This document shows positions 1-8,618 of a stretch of DNA of 64,000 nucleotides, piece by piece (positions within the stretch are counted from its first letter, which is position 1; each line of letters opens with the position of its first letter). The notes beneath the pieces were generated by a model. It worked only from the letters and a program-made list of their open reading frames with translations. It had not been told where the DNA came from and did not search any database. This DNA comes from Bacteroidia bacterium (GTDB lineage Bacteria > Bacteroidota > Bacteroidia > Flavobacteriales > Flavobacteriaceae): NCBI GenBank assembly GCA_030427985.1, contig JAUIBH010000005.1, positions 11,766-75,765 on the forward strand. The letters are read 5' to 3'. The translations under genes and the position numbers were made by a program.

Positions 1-264
1 TCCTTTCTGGTCCAAAACCCGAATGGCATCGCTTATGGTCGGTTTGGTTACATTGAACTCGCGCGCCAAAAAGCTAACATTATTGAACTCGTCTTTGTGG
101 TAGGCCACAAATATCAAAATCTGAATTTGGATGGGGCTCAGGCCCAATTGTTTTGCCTTTTCCCAGAGCAATACTTTAAAGGCTTGGGAAACCCGCTCCA
201 AGCCAGCTACGATCTTGCTGGAAAGGTTGAATTGTTCTTCTGGATCAAAAATGCTTTTTTTCAT
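1..264 (-). CDS. MarR-family winged-helix transcriptional regulator (3' end runs off the window; not in the ORF track)
   Basis: Manual translation from ATG at 264: MKKSIFDPEEQFNLSSKIVAGLERVSQAFKVLLWEKAKQLGLSPIQIQILIFVAYHKDEFNNVSFLAREFNVTKPTISDAIRVLDQKG. LSPIQIQIL and LAREFNVTKPTISDAIRVL are typical MarR wHTH segments. Confidence 0.88.
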   Translation of the reverse strand, partial: MKKSIFDPEEQFNLSSKIVAGLERVSQAFKVLLWEKAKQLGLSPIQIQILIFVAYHKDEFNNVSFLAREFNVTKPTISDAIRVLDQKG

Positions 265-266
265 AT

Positions 267-300
267 AAAAACAATGCCTGCCGAAAGTTCTCGACAGGCA
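267..300 (-). terminator. Intrinsic terminator after the thioredoxin-like gene
   Basis: Minus strand reads TGCCTGTCGA-GAACTT-TCGGCAGGCA followed by TTGTTTTT. Confidence 0.65.
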
Positions 301-320
301 AAGTTAGCAATCCTAATTAG
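299..320 (-). promoter_or_regulatory. -7 promoter box (TAACTTTG, 299-306) of the MarR gene, overlapped by a palindromic operator (300-320)
   Basis: Matches the Bacteroidota TAnnTTTG consensus. AAAGTTAGCAATCCTAATTAG resembles the palindrome at 607-627. Confidence 0.6.
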
Positions 321-331
321 TATAGACGTCA

Positions 332-565
332 TTACGCCTTAACTTCTTCCAAAGAAGCACCATAGTTAATATGGAGCACTACCCCATTGGGCGTAACCAA
401 AGCCGGTACAGAAGTAACTCCAAACTCTTCTGCTGTGGGTATTTCTTTTTGGTTTTCGCCCAAATGGACAATGTGGAGACTTTCTTCTCCCATTAGATTG
501 ATGATTTCTTGTTCGGCTCCGACACATACTGGACAACCTGCATGATAAAAAATAGATTTGTTCAT
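332..565 (-). CDS. Small thioredoxin/glutaredoxin-fold protein
   Basis: 77 aa, FYHAGCPVC (CxxC) and the VTSVP cis-Pro motif. Confidence 0.85.
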   Translation of the reverse strand: MNKSIFYHAGCPVCVGAEQEIINLMGEESLHIVHLGENQKEIPTAEEFGVTSVPALVTPNGVVLHINYGASLEEVKA

Positions 566-601
566 TTTTAATACTATTTAAGTTAAAGCAATATTGCTCC
601 A

Positions 602-627
602 CAAATATAGTGAGGATTCCTAACTAT
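602..627 (-). promoter_or_regulatory. -7 box (TATATTTG, 602-609) plus palindromic operator ATAGTGAGGATTCCTAACTAT (607-627)
   Basis: Near-perfect 21-bp inverted repeat adjoining the promoter box upstream of the thioredoxin-like gene. Confidence 0.65.
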
Positions 628-768
628 AAAAATAAATGCTTGCTTTTTCTAAATATTAGTGCCTTTAAAACATCAAGAGATTTTAATAGTACGGGGCGAA
701 CAAGCATAAAATCAAATAACAACCATTTCAAATGTGGTATTTTTGCGCTGAAGCCGTAAAACAATTCC

Positions 769-2208
769 ATGAAGAAGAACACCGCCAGACTCGAATTGTC
801 CAAAGAAGCCATGACAGCTTATGGGTACCAGATAGTAGACGCCATTGTGGAGCATTATGACACCCAAAGTGAAAAGTTACCCGTTGCCTTGGGTTCTCGT
901 GAGGAAATGGACTCCCTTTTTTTAGAAGAAGCGCCCGAAAAAGGCACCGACCCAACTAAAGTATTGGACTTTGTCTTGGAAAAGGTGATGACCACCAGTA
1001 CGTTGATGTCCCACCCAAAGTCGTACTCCTTTGTGCCAGGCCCCAGTAATTACGTCAGTGCCATGGCCGATGCACTGGCTACAGGCTATAACATTTTTTC
1101 AGGTGGTTGGGCGGCTTCTCCGGCTGCTGCCGAGTTGGAGATTGTTACCATTCAATGGTTGCTGAAGATTTTTGGGTTCCCGAAGAAAAAAGGGGGCGGA
1201 ATTTTTACCAGTGGTGGTTCCATGGCCAATTTAACGGCTTTAGCAACGGCAAGACGTATTAAATGTGGTGATGATTTTTCTAAAGCGGTGATTTATCTTT
1301 CGGACCAAGCCCACTCCTCCAATATTAAGGCGATTCGGGTATTGGGCTTTAAAAAGGAACAGATTCGCATCATTCCCACCGATATTGAGTTAAAATTTGC
1401 GGTCAATAAACTGAAAAACTGCATTGCCAAGGATAGATTGGGAGGGCTTCACCCTTTCTGTTTAATTGCTACATCGGGAACCACTAATACCGGAACGGTT
1501 GACCCGTTGGTGGAATTGGGGAAAATATGTAAAAAGGAAGATATCTGGTTTCATATTGACGGCGCCTATGGTGCTGCGGCCATCCTTTCCCAAAAAGGAA
1601 AGCAACTCCTAAAAGGCATTGAAAAGGCAGATTCATTGACGGTTGACCCCCATAAATGGTTTTATCAACCTTATGAAATGGGCTGCTTGTTGGTACGGAA
1701 CCACAAAAACCTGAGCCATACCTTCACCGAAAAACCAGAATATCTTCGGGATATTGAGGGAAATACTTCGGAAATAAATTTTTATGACCACGGTATACAG
1801 TTGACCCGAAGATTTCGGGCATTGAAATTTTACATGTCACTCAAAACCTTTGGTTTGAAAGAGTTTCGGGATGCCATCACCTACAATATTGATTTGGCCG
1901 AGGAAGTGGAGACCAAACTTCGAAAAAACAAATATTGGGAGGTTGTTTTTCCGGCGACCTTGGCGGTCATCAATTTCAGGTACAATCCCATTGAAAAAAA
2001 TTACACCGAAAAGCAATTGGATGCCATCAACCAATACATCTCAGAAAAAGTGGTGGCTTCGAGGAAAGCTTTGTTGGTCACAACCTTGTTGCACGGACAG
2101 GTCGTCCTCCGAATGTGCCTTATCAATCCCAGAACCTCTTTGGAAGACATTCAAGAAACCTTTGGACTCTGTGAACGCTTTGCAGTAGAAAAGGAACGGC
2201 AGTTATAG
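769..2208 (+). CDS. PLP-dependent group II decarboxylase (aromatic-L-amino-acid decarboxylase family)
   Basis: TSGGSMAN, AHSS, GTTNTGTVD, HIDGAYG and the VDPHKW PLP-lysine motif. Confidence 0.9.
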   Translation: MKKNTARLELSKEAMTAYGYQIVDAIVEHYDTQSEKLPVALGSREEMDSLFLEEAPEKGTDPTKVLDFVLEKVMTTSTLMSHPKSYSFVPGPSNYVSAMADALATGYNIFSGGWAASPAAAELEIVTIQWLLKIFGFPKKKGGGIFTSGGSMANLTALATARRIKCGDDFSKAVIYLSDQAHSSNIKAIRVLGFKKEQIRIIPTDIELKFAVNKLKNCIAKDRLGGLHPFCLIATSGTTNTGTVDPLVELGKICKKEDIWFHIDGAYGAAAILSQKGKQLLKGIEKADSLTVDPHKWFYQPYEMGCLLVRNHKNLSHTFTEKPEYLRDIEGNTSEINFYDHGIQLTRRFRALKFYMSLKTFGLKEFRDAITYNIDLAEEVETKLRKNKYWEVVFPATLAVINFRYNPIEKNYTEKQLDAINQYISEKVVASRKALLVTTLLHGQVVLRMCLINPRTSLEDIQETFGLCERFAVEKERQL

Positions 2209-2507
2209 CAAAATCGATAATTGATTGGGGACAAATTTTTCTTCTGAGGAACCTGAGGTAATTTAAGCTCTGGATCCATATTCCAATCCTTAGCTTCCCA
2301 ATATCGCTTCAAAATAATCTTACTACTGTAATCGACAAAACTCTAAATTCATTATTTGTGAGAGTTTCTTTTTTAATCTAATTCTTGTTTTAACGGCCAG
2401 TAAAGACTTTATTTCTTTTAAAGTCAGAAAATTACTGATTTCAAAAAAATTATTGATTATCTTGAACACGAGCATGCCATATCAAATTAAAGGCCAAATA
2501 AAAGAAT

Positions 2508-3047
2508 ATGAACCTCATTCTTCCAAAACAACCTCATTGGATAGTTTCTTATATTCTTGTAGGCAGACTTTTATATGCCTCATTAATCCTGTTTATCCTT
2601 GAATCCTACTTATTTTGGAAGCAACTCAAAATAGCCTTATCTAATGAAATCTGGTATGTTATTGCTTTTTGGGCGGTCTGCTTTCTTTTTTCATTTGTAC
2701 ATATTTTCTTGGTTATTATGGATGGTTGGTCGCGTTTCCAAGATTACAAACGCGCCAAGGATTTATTTTATGCCCATGGTTTTCAACCTCGTATAGCACG
2801 GTCGTTCATACGATCAAAATGTCAACGAATGTCGGCCATAGTAGCAGCCAATGAGCTTAACCTTACTCAAGATATTAAGGAATACTATTCACATAGAGGT
2901 GTGCGGTGGTATCATTTTATCCCTTATTTTATGGTCAACGACCCATTATTTATTTTTAAAAAGCACTTCTGGTCGCGTACTTTTCTTGAAAAGAATTACA
3001 CTCCAAAGTACAATTACCATCAACTATCAGAGGTTTCTCCTATATGA
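2508..3047 (+). CDS. Hypothetical membrane protein (2 predicted TM helices plus a basic/aromatic C-terminal domain)
   Basis: 179-aa ORF with two hydrophobic segments. The stop overlaps the next ATG (ATGA). Confidence 0.75.
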   Translation: MNLILPKQPHWIVSYILVGRLLYASLILFILESYLFWKQLKIALSNEIWYVIAFWAVCFLFSFVHIFLVIMDGWSRFQDYKRAKDLFYAHGFQPRIARSFIRSKCQRMSAIVAANELNLTQDIKEYYSHRGVRWYHFIPYFMVNDPLFIFKKHFWSRTFLEKNYTPKYNYHQLSEVSPI

Positions 3048-3901
3048 TTATTTCAGGAAAAAATTTAAGCAAAAGATACGGTGGCCTAAAGGCGGTAGAA
3101 GATGTAAACATTCAATGTAATTCTGGTACTGTAACGGGGTTACTGGGTACTAATGGTGCCGGAAAATCAACCCTTTTTAAATTATTGCTAGGACTTGTAA
3201 AACCAGATGAAGGCTCGGTATTCATAAATTCCATTCGACCAAAACCTATTGGGGGCATCATTGAAAAACCTTGTCTTTATAGCTATCTCAATGCAAGGGA
3301 AAACCTTTACCTTTTCTCTAAAATTCAAGGCGCCCCTACATCAAAAAAAGTTATCGATGGACTATTGGAAAAAGTAGGTCTCCCATTGGACCGAAAGGAT
3401 CCCGTAAAGAATTATTCCATGGGAATGCAACAACGCCTTGGCATTGCCATTGCCCTTATCAACCAACCAGAAGGCCTTATCCTTGACGAGCCTTTTTCTG
3501 GTCTTGACCCTATTGGCGTGGAAAACCTCAGGGAATTGATACTGGAATTGGCAAAAAAAGATGGCATAGCGGTACTTATTGCCTCGCATAATGTGGAAGA
3601 GCTTCAAAAGTGCTGTAACTTTCTTTATGTGATCCAAAATGGCACCATCATTAAATCGGATACCACTGAAAATCTTATTTCACAACATACTACCAAATAT
3701 TATATTGTTGGAAAATCATTGATGGCATCACCTGTACTCAAAAGCTATAACCCCAAACATCAGGGCTCAAGTGTAGAAATTGAATGCGGAACAGCCGATA
3801 TTGGCAAGGTTCTGCAAGCCTTAACTGCCCAGGGGGTCACTATAAATTCTTGCACACCTAAAATTGACCTTCATAAATTATTTCAACAAACAGAACTATG
3901 A
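3044..3901 (+). CDS. ABC transporter ATP-binding protein (BcrA/CcmA-like exporter type)
   Basis: Walker A GTNGAGKST, signature YSMGMQQR, Walker B LILDEP, and the SHN switch. Confidence 0.93.
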   Translation: MIISGKNLSKRYGGLKAVEDVNIQCNSGTVTGLLGTNGAGKSTLFKLLLGLVKPDEGSVFINSIRPKPIGGIIEKPCLYSYLNARENLYLFSKIQGAPTSKKVIDGLLEKVGLPLDRKDPVKNYSMGMQQRLGIAIALINQPEGLILDEPFSGLDPIGVENLRELILELAKKDGIAVLIASHNVEELQKCCNFLYVIQNGTIIKSDTTENLISQHTTKYYIVGKSLMASPVLKSYNPKHQGSSVEIECGTADIGKVLQALTAQGVTINSCTPKIDLHKLFQQTEL

Positions 3902-4728
3902 GGGTATTATTTTGGGCCGAACTCTTCAAATTATGTAAACAAAGAAGAACGTATTACGCATTGGGCGCCATACTTATTATGGAAATAATCATTCTTTTTA
4001 GTGCCTATTACCAAGGTCGCTCCTTTATTGACCTGTTATTGACTAATTTCAAGGAAACTTTCTACTTTGAAGGAAATCTGCTCAACGGCAACCTATTGGT
4101 CTATGTTATTCTAAACACGCTATGGTTTCACCTTCCTTTGCTCCTCATGATCATCATCTCGGGATTGTTGACCGCAGAATACAAGGATGGAACCCTGCAA
4201 ACTATTTTTCTGCAGCCCGTACAAAAATTGAAATTCATTGCGGCAAAATATTTGGCTGCCATACTGTTCACCCTAGTATCGGTTGTGTTCCTCATGATTA
4301 CCGCTTTTGGTCTATCTTACGCAATCTTTGGACAAGGAGACCTAATCGTATATCTTGATACACTTAATTTTTACGAACCCGATGATGCTTTTCGCAGATT
4401 GGTTTGGGCCTTTTTCTCTGGGAGTGTAACCATGGTTTTTTATGCGGTTGCCAGTTTAACCATGGCCATTTGCTTTAAGGATGCTACCATAACTTGGATT
4501 GTAGCGGCATTTTTTCTAATTGTATCCAGTTTGTTGATTCGCATTGACTATGGGGACTCCTTGTTTGGAGAGATACTTTATGCTAAACTTGGGGAAAGCT
4601 GGCAGTATTTTTTTCATTTTGAAATCCCATGGCGACAAATAATTTTCAATAATGGGCTTCTCATTGTATATAGCATGGTTATTATGGCCTTGGGTATGTT
4701 TATTTTCACCAAAAAAGATATCTCATGA
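3898..4728 (+). CDS. ABC-2 type permease
   Basis: About 6 TM helices and an EYKDGTLQTIFLQPV...KFIAAK loop motif. Coupled to the ATPase. Confidence 0.88.
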   Translation: MRVLFWAELFKLCKQRRTYYALGAILIMEIIILFSAYYQGRSFIDLLLTNFKETFYFEGNLLNGNLLVYVILNTLWFHLPLLLMIIISGLLTAEYKDGTLQTIFLQPVQKLKFIAAKYLAAILFTLVSVVFLMITAFGLSYAIFGQGDLIVYLDTLNFYEPDDAFRRLVWAFFSGSVTMVFYAVASLTMAICFKDATITWIVAAFFLIVSSLLIRIDYGDSLFGEILYAKLGESWQYFFHFEIPWRQIIFNNGLLIVYSMVIMALGMFIFTKKDIS

Positions 4729-5393
4729 AGCATTTCATTTATCTCTTCTACACCTTTGGCGCCATTCTTAGTTGTACTTGTGTCCACGCGCAACAGGTAG
4801 ATGGTGATTTGCTGGCCATTAAGGAGCGTTTAGATGCTATTATTGCATACGAAGCCGAAATGAGTTTAGACATTCAGGCTGATTTCATTAAAATGCCCAC
4901 TAAGTATGCCTCTGTAACTTACACTAAAAACCAGCCTTTGGAGTTTTCTTCAGATGATTTTATACTGATACCAAAAAAAGGCCTTGATGTTACCATGTCC
5001 CAACTTTTTGAACACCCTTTTATAACAGTTAATCGTGGTTTTGAAAAACAGGACGGTAAAACGTACAAGGTGGTGAATGTGATTCCAAATGACGACAAAT
5101 CTGACTACAGCATTGCCAAAATTGTAATGGATACGGTGATAACAAGAATTGTAAGTTCCGAAATACATACCAAAAAGGAAGGGTCCTTTACACTTCAGAT
5201 GAAGTATACGGACAAAAAAGCCATATTGCCAGAACAGCTTGAAATTTTCTTTGAAATGGAACGTCTTCGATTACCCTTCAATTTTTTAGGGAAAAATGCC
5301 AAAATCGATAGAAAAAAAATGCGTTCCCAAGAGATACAATCAGGGAGTATTCTATTGAATTTTAAAGACTACAAGATAAAATATCACCCATAA
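4725..5393 (+). CDS. Secreted hypothetical protein, possibly LolA/LppX-like beta-sheet carrier fold
   Basis: Signal peptide ending VHA-QQ and alternating beta-strand patterns. The fold assignment is inference. Confidence 0.6.
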   Translation: MKHFIYLFYTFGAILSCTCVHAQQVDGDLLAIKERLDAIIAYEAEMSLDIQADFIKMPTKYASVTYTKNQPLEFSSDDFILIPKKGLDVTMSQLFEHPFITVNRGFEKQDGKTYKVVNVIPNDDKSDYSIAKIVMDTVITRIVSSEIHTKKEGSFTLQMKYTDKKAILPEQLEIFFEMERLRLPFNFLGKNAKIDRKKMRSQEIQSGSILLNFKDYKIKYHP

Positions 5394-5400
5394 AAAAAGG

Positions 5401-6480
5401 TCACAAGTCCAATAAAGCAGCAATTGCCCTGTCCAATTTTTCTTGCACTTTGGGATCCGTACAATTTATCAAAATTGAGATGACCGTTTCCGCTTCAGGG
5501 TACACAAAAAAATTGGTATATGCCCCAACGCTGCTACCCACATGCCCCACAAAAGGTCTTTTGTTTGCATCTTGACTAACCTGAAACCCTAAACCATAAA
5601 AAATGGGTTTTCCGTTGATAGTCTGTGAGCTCAATAATTGCCCATAGGTTTCCTTTTTCAATAGTTTTTGTTCCAATATGGCCTGCCCCAATTTGGCAAT
5701 GTCGTTACTTGTAGACATATAACCTCCTCCTGCCAACTTATAAAAATTGTTCACCGGAAGTGCCTTTTTAAAACAGAGTGAAGTTTTTGTATAAAACTGA
5801 GGTATGTTGTTTACTGAACTTGAACCAATTCCGTGAATAGGTGGTGCAAAGGTGTCACCCATTCCCAAAGGGTTGAGGACCTTTTCCTTTACATAAGTTT
5901 CAAAAGGCATTCCACTCGCCTCTTGCATAGCTAAGGAGAGCAATACAAAATCAAAACTGTTATAGAGATATCCCTTTCCAGGTTCAAAAACCAAAGGCGA
6001 ATCTTTAAACACTTCAATACTGTCTTTTATGGAATACGGCTGATTAAGTGCATATTCCTTTCCCCGATACCCCCGTATACCTGCGGTATGACTAGCCAGC
6101 TGTCTTATCGTAAAATCGTATTCTTTTTTGGGATAATCGGGTACATAATCATAAAATGAGCTATCAAGATTTACAATGCCATCTTCCACTATCTTACCTA
6201 AGGCCAATCCCGTGATGCATTTGGAAATACTGGCAATCCGAAAAACAGTTTTTTGGGCATCCACTGGAATTTTTCGCTCTATATCTGCATAACCATATCC
6301 TTTTTGAAGCACGGTTTGTCCATTTTTATGCACAGTAACCGCCATTCCAGGCACCTCCTTTTCTGCCACAAGATTATGAAAAAGTACATCTGTTTTTTTA
6401 ACACCTTGCAATCCCTCTTCCGATTTCACTTTTGAAGAACCTGAAAATAAGTGCTTAATATGTGAATACAGTGAATTCAA
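5401..6480 (-). CDS. Serine hydrolase, beta-lactamase/AmpC family
   Basis: FRIASISK (SxxK), LASHTAG, YLYNS and GHVG motifs. Confidence 0.9.
   Translation of the reverse strand: MNSLYSHIKHLFSGSSKVKSEEGLQGVKKTDVLFHNLVAEKEVPGMAVTVHKNGQTVLQKGYGYADIERKIPVDAQKTVFRIASISKCITGLALGKIVEDGIVNLDSSFYDYVPDYPKKEYDFTIRQLASHTAGIRGYRGKEYALNQPYSIKDSIEVFKDSPLVFEPGKGYLYNSFDFVLLSLAMQEASGMPFETYVKEKVLNPLGMGDTFAPPIHGIGSSSVNNIPQFYTKTSLCFKKALPVNNFYKLAGGGYMSTSNDIAKLGQAILEQKLLKKETYGQLLSSQTINGKPIFYGLGFQVSQDANKRPFVGHVGSSVGAYTNFFVYPEAETVISILINCTDPKVQEKLDRAIAALLDL
5806..5829 (-). repeat. Degenerate in-frame copy of the palindromic repeat (encodes IGSSSVNN)
   Basis: Minus strand GGTTCAAGTTCAGTAAACAAC versus the metH copy AGTTCGAGCGGAGTCCAGAAC; several mismatches. 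Confidence 0.35.
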
Positions 6481-6562
6481 CTACGTTGGTTTATGGTTCC
6501 GAACATAGTGAGAAATCCAAAGAAAGGAAAGTGAAACCTGTTTTTATTGTGCAAACGAGCGG

Positions 6563-7378
6563 TTACTCCTGAAAAATCAATCTGCCGTTAAAAAGCTCCT
6601 CCACCTCAACCTCAGGTGGGCGGTTCACGCTGATTACATCTCCCGTACCACGAATTACACCACCTATCCGAACTTGAGGGTTAACATAGACATCATTGGA
6701 GCCCCTGTGGTTAATACCCACTCTATTGGCGATTAAATCTGCGGCCTCTATCCTGGAATCTCCTGCGGCCACGGTAACATTGAACGTATCAGTCTGCCCC
6801 TTTAATTTAAAATAGGCTATACCGTTCACCACAATTCTAACGGTGGTGGAATTGACTTCCAGATCAAATGAACCGTCCGTGGTCTCTGTTTCTGGATTAC
6901 TGAAACTTTCTGAAATCAAGGTCAAGTTGGGATATGCCAAAACCCCATCACTGGAAACCAACAATCCCGTACTGCTCCGTATCTCAGAAATATTGGGCGA
7001 AGTCACATAAACGGTGGTTAAACCATATTCCCGTACATAATTACAGTTATTTTCATTTCTTAGGATGAGACGATTATCCTCTACCACTGCGGAAACGTCA
7101 TTCAAAAGGAATTCCCCAGTTTCAATTTCCACTTTTTGCTCTTGGCCTTGCTTGAGCACTAGATTTAGATTTTCAAAAACAGTTATGGTATTGAATTCGG
7201 AAACGTCAACAGTTTCCCGAACCGTATCCCCAGCATTTTGAAAACAATCGGGCACATTATCACCGTTGCAGGACATCAACAATAAAGCTGAAAAGAATAA
7301 CAGACACCTCTCAATTGCCCCTTCGACTGTGCTCAGGGAGATATTCTCATTTTTATGTAATCTTCTCAATACTAACAT
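6563..7378 (-). CDS. Head-GIN / DUF2807 (auto-transporter adhesin-like) lipoprotein
   Basis: Lipobox LLMSC, beta-helix-like repeats and a C-terminal GTGDVISVNRP...GRLIF. Confidence 0.8.
   Translation of the reverse strand: MLVLRRLHKNENISLSTVEGAIERCLLFFSALLLMSCNGDNVPDCFQNAGDTVRETVDVSEFNTITVFENLNLVLKQGQEQKVEIETGEFLLNDVSAVVEDNRLILRNENNCNYVREYGLTTVYVTSPNISEIRSSTGLLVSSDGVLAYPNLTLISESFSNPETETTDGSFDLEVNSTTVRIVVNGIAYFKLKGQTDTFNVTVAAGDSRIEAADLIANRVGINHRGSNDVYVNPQVRIGGVIRGTGDVISVNRPPEVEVEELFNGRLIFQE
7319..7342 (-). repeat. Palindromic REP-like element, in-frame in the signal-peptide n-region (encodes ISLSTVEG)
   Basis: ATCTCCCTGAGCACAGTCGAAGGG closely matches the intergenic copy at 17320-17342. Confidence 0.75.
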
Positions 7379-7385
7379 CTCAATA

Positions 7386-8486
7386 CTACAATCTAATCCC
7401 TATTCCAAATTCAACCGCTTCAGCTTTGGCTCCATGTGATTTTAAGGTGATGGCGCCAAAGATTGTATCGCCAAAATATCTTTTCATTCCTATTCTATTG
7501 TACATTTTTCCTTCAAAATCAAAGGGATAGTACACATAGTATCCCAATTGGGTCACAACACTCAATTTGTTTACAAAGAGTTCGTGTCCCACAAACAACC
7601 CGACCCGTTTGTAATCGGTATCGGGGTCTACGTCCAATTCTGGAAAGGAAGTGGACTGAAACCGAATCAATTCCTTTAAAAAATTGGAAAAGAACACATC
7701 GGTTCCCAATTGAATGGCACTTCGTTTTCCCAAACGCTTATCTGCATAGGCTGAAACTATGGCAAAACCATAACGCCCCATATCAATCACATCACTCTCA
7801 TTGGCCCCTCCCCGAAACACCAAGTTATAACGAATGGGTTCGGTAATCTTTTCTTTCGATTCAGGTTTTAGGTATTCAAAGGTTTCATCTTTAGCTAAAT
7901 CATAAGTGAGTCCAAAATTAAAGGCCATGGTATTTGTTGATGTATTGGGCGCCTTAAAATTGGCATTGGAATAGTGAATAAAGGAAAGTCCTGCCCTTAT
8001 GCCCAAGCCTGCAATAAGGTTTTCTTTATGGTAATTCAGCATCAATACCGTACTACTTAAAATATGGCTTCCGTAGGCATTGTTCCTAAAATTTTCATTT
8101 TTATCATACGGATTGGTGTTGTACGCCAGTCCTTGTGCCACACGCAACTGAATAGTTCTTTTCAGAAAATAAAAATTATAGTGCCCATATAGCCCAAAAT
8201 GTTCTCCCAAGGTGGGGTTGTTGGTATTTTGATATACAAAAGTGTAGCCTGTATCCGGGTATCCAAAATCCGACTCCCATTCTTTATGGCCATACGTTTT
8301 ACGGCTAACACCCAAAATAATTCCTCCTGGGTGATTGGTTATCAAGTGTGAAATATCTGGATTATGCAGGAGTATGGAACCATAAAACTGATTGGCATCC
8401 AACACAAAGTTCTTAGGAACATCCATGTTTTGGGCATACCCAAAGTAAATGCATAAGAAGGTAGTAAAACAGAAAAGGGGCCTCAT
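7386..8486 (-). CDS. Acyloxyacyl hydrolase / PagL-like outer-membrane beta-barrel
   Basis: Signal peptide, FIHYSNANFKAPN (PagL-type HxSN) and an amphipathic C-terminal strand. Confidence 0.75.
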   Translation of the reverse strand: MRPLFCFTTFLCIYFGYAQNMDVPKNFVLDANQFYGSILLHNPDISHLITNHPGGIILGVSRKTYGHKEWESDFGYPDTGYTFVYQNTNNPTLGEHFGLYGHYNFYFLKRTIQLRVAQGLAYNTNPYDKNENFRNNAYGSHILSSTVLMLNYHKENLIAGLGIRAGLSFIHYSNANFKAPNTSTNTMAFNFGLTYDLAKDETFEYLKPESKEKITEPIRYNLVFRGGANESDVIDMGRYGFAIVSAYADKRLGKRSAIQLGTDVFFSNFLKELIRFQSTSFPELDVDPDTDYKRVGLFVGHELFVNKLSVVTQLGYYVYYPFDFEGKMYNRIGMKRYFGDTIFGAITLKSHGAKAEAVEFGIGIRL

Positions 8487-8551
8487 GGGGCACTAAAGTA
8501 GGCAAATAAAAAGATTTCAAATTCAATCCTACTTTAAAGCTTTTTATTCTA

Positions 8552-8610
8552 GATTCCGAAACAAGTTCGGAATGACATGATATGGATTCCCGATATTAAA
8601 TCGGGAGTCA
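8552..8610. repeat. Tandem pair of REP-like palindromes downstream of metF
   Basis: GATTCCGAAACAAGTTCGGAATGAC (8552-8576) and GATTCCCGATATTAAATCGGGAGTCA (8585-8610). Confidence 0.75.
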
Positions 8611-8618
8611 TTTCAAGA

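Noticed and set aside
97-342. 81-aa plus-strand ORF in the ORF track
   Set aside because: It is antisense to the clear MarR gene (1-264) and crosses a terminator, so it is a shadow ORF.
2190-2345. Stop-free minus-strand stretch (SFVDYSSKIILKRYWEAKDWNMDPELKLPQVPQKK) in the spacer after the decarboxylase
   Set aside because: It has no convincing start or recognisable family and runs into the convergent gene. It could be a remnant, but I cannot support that without a search.
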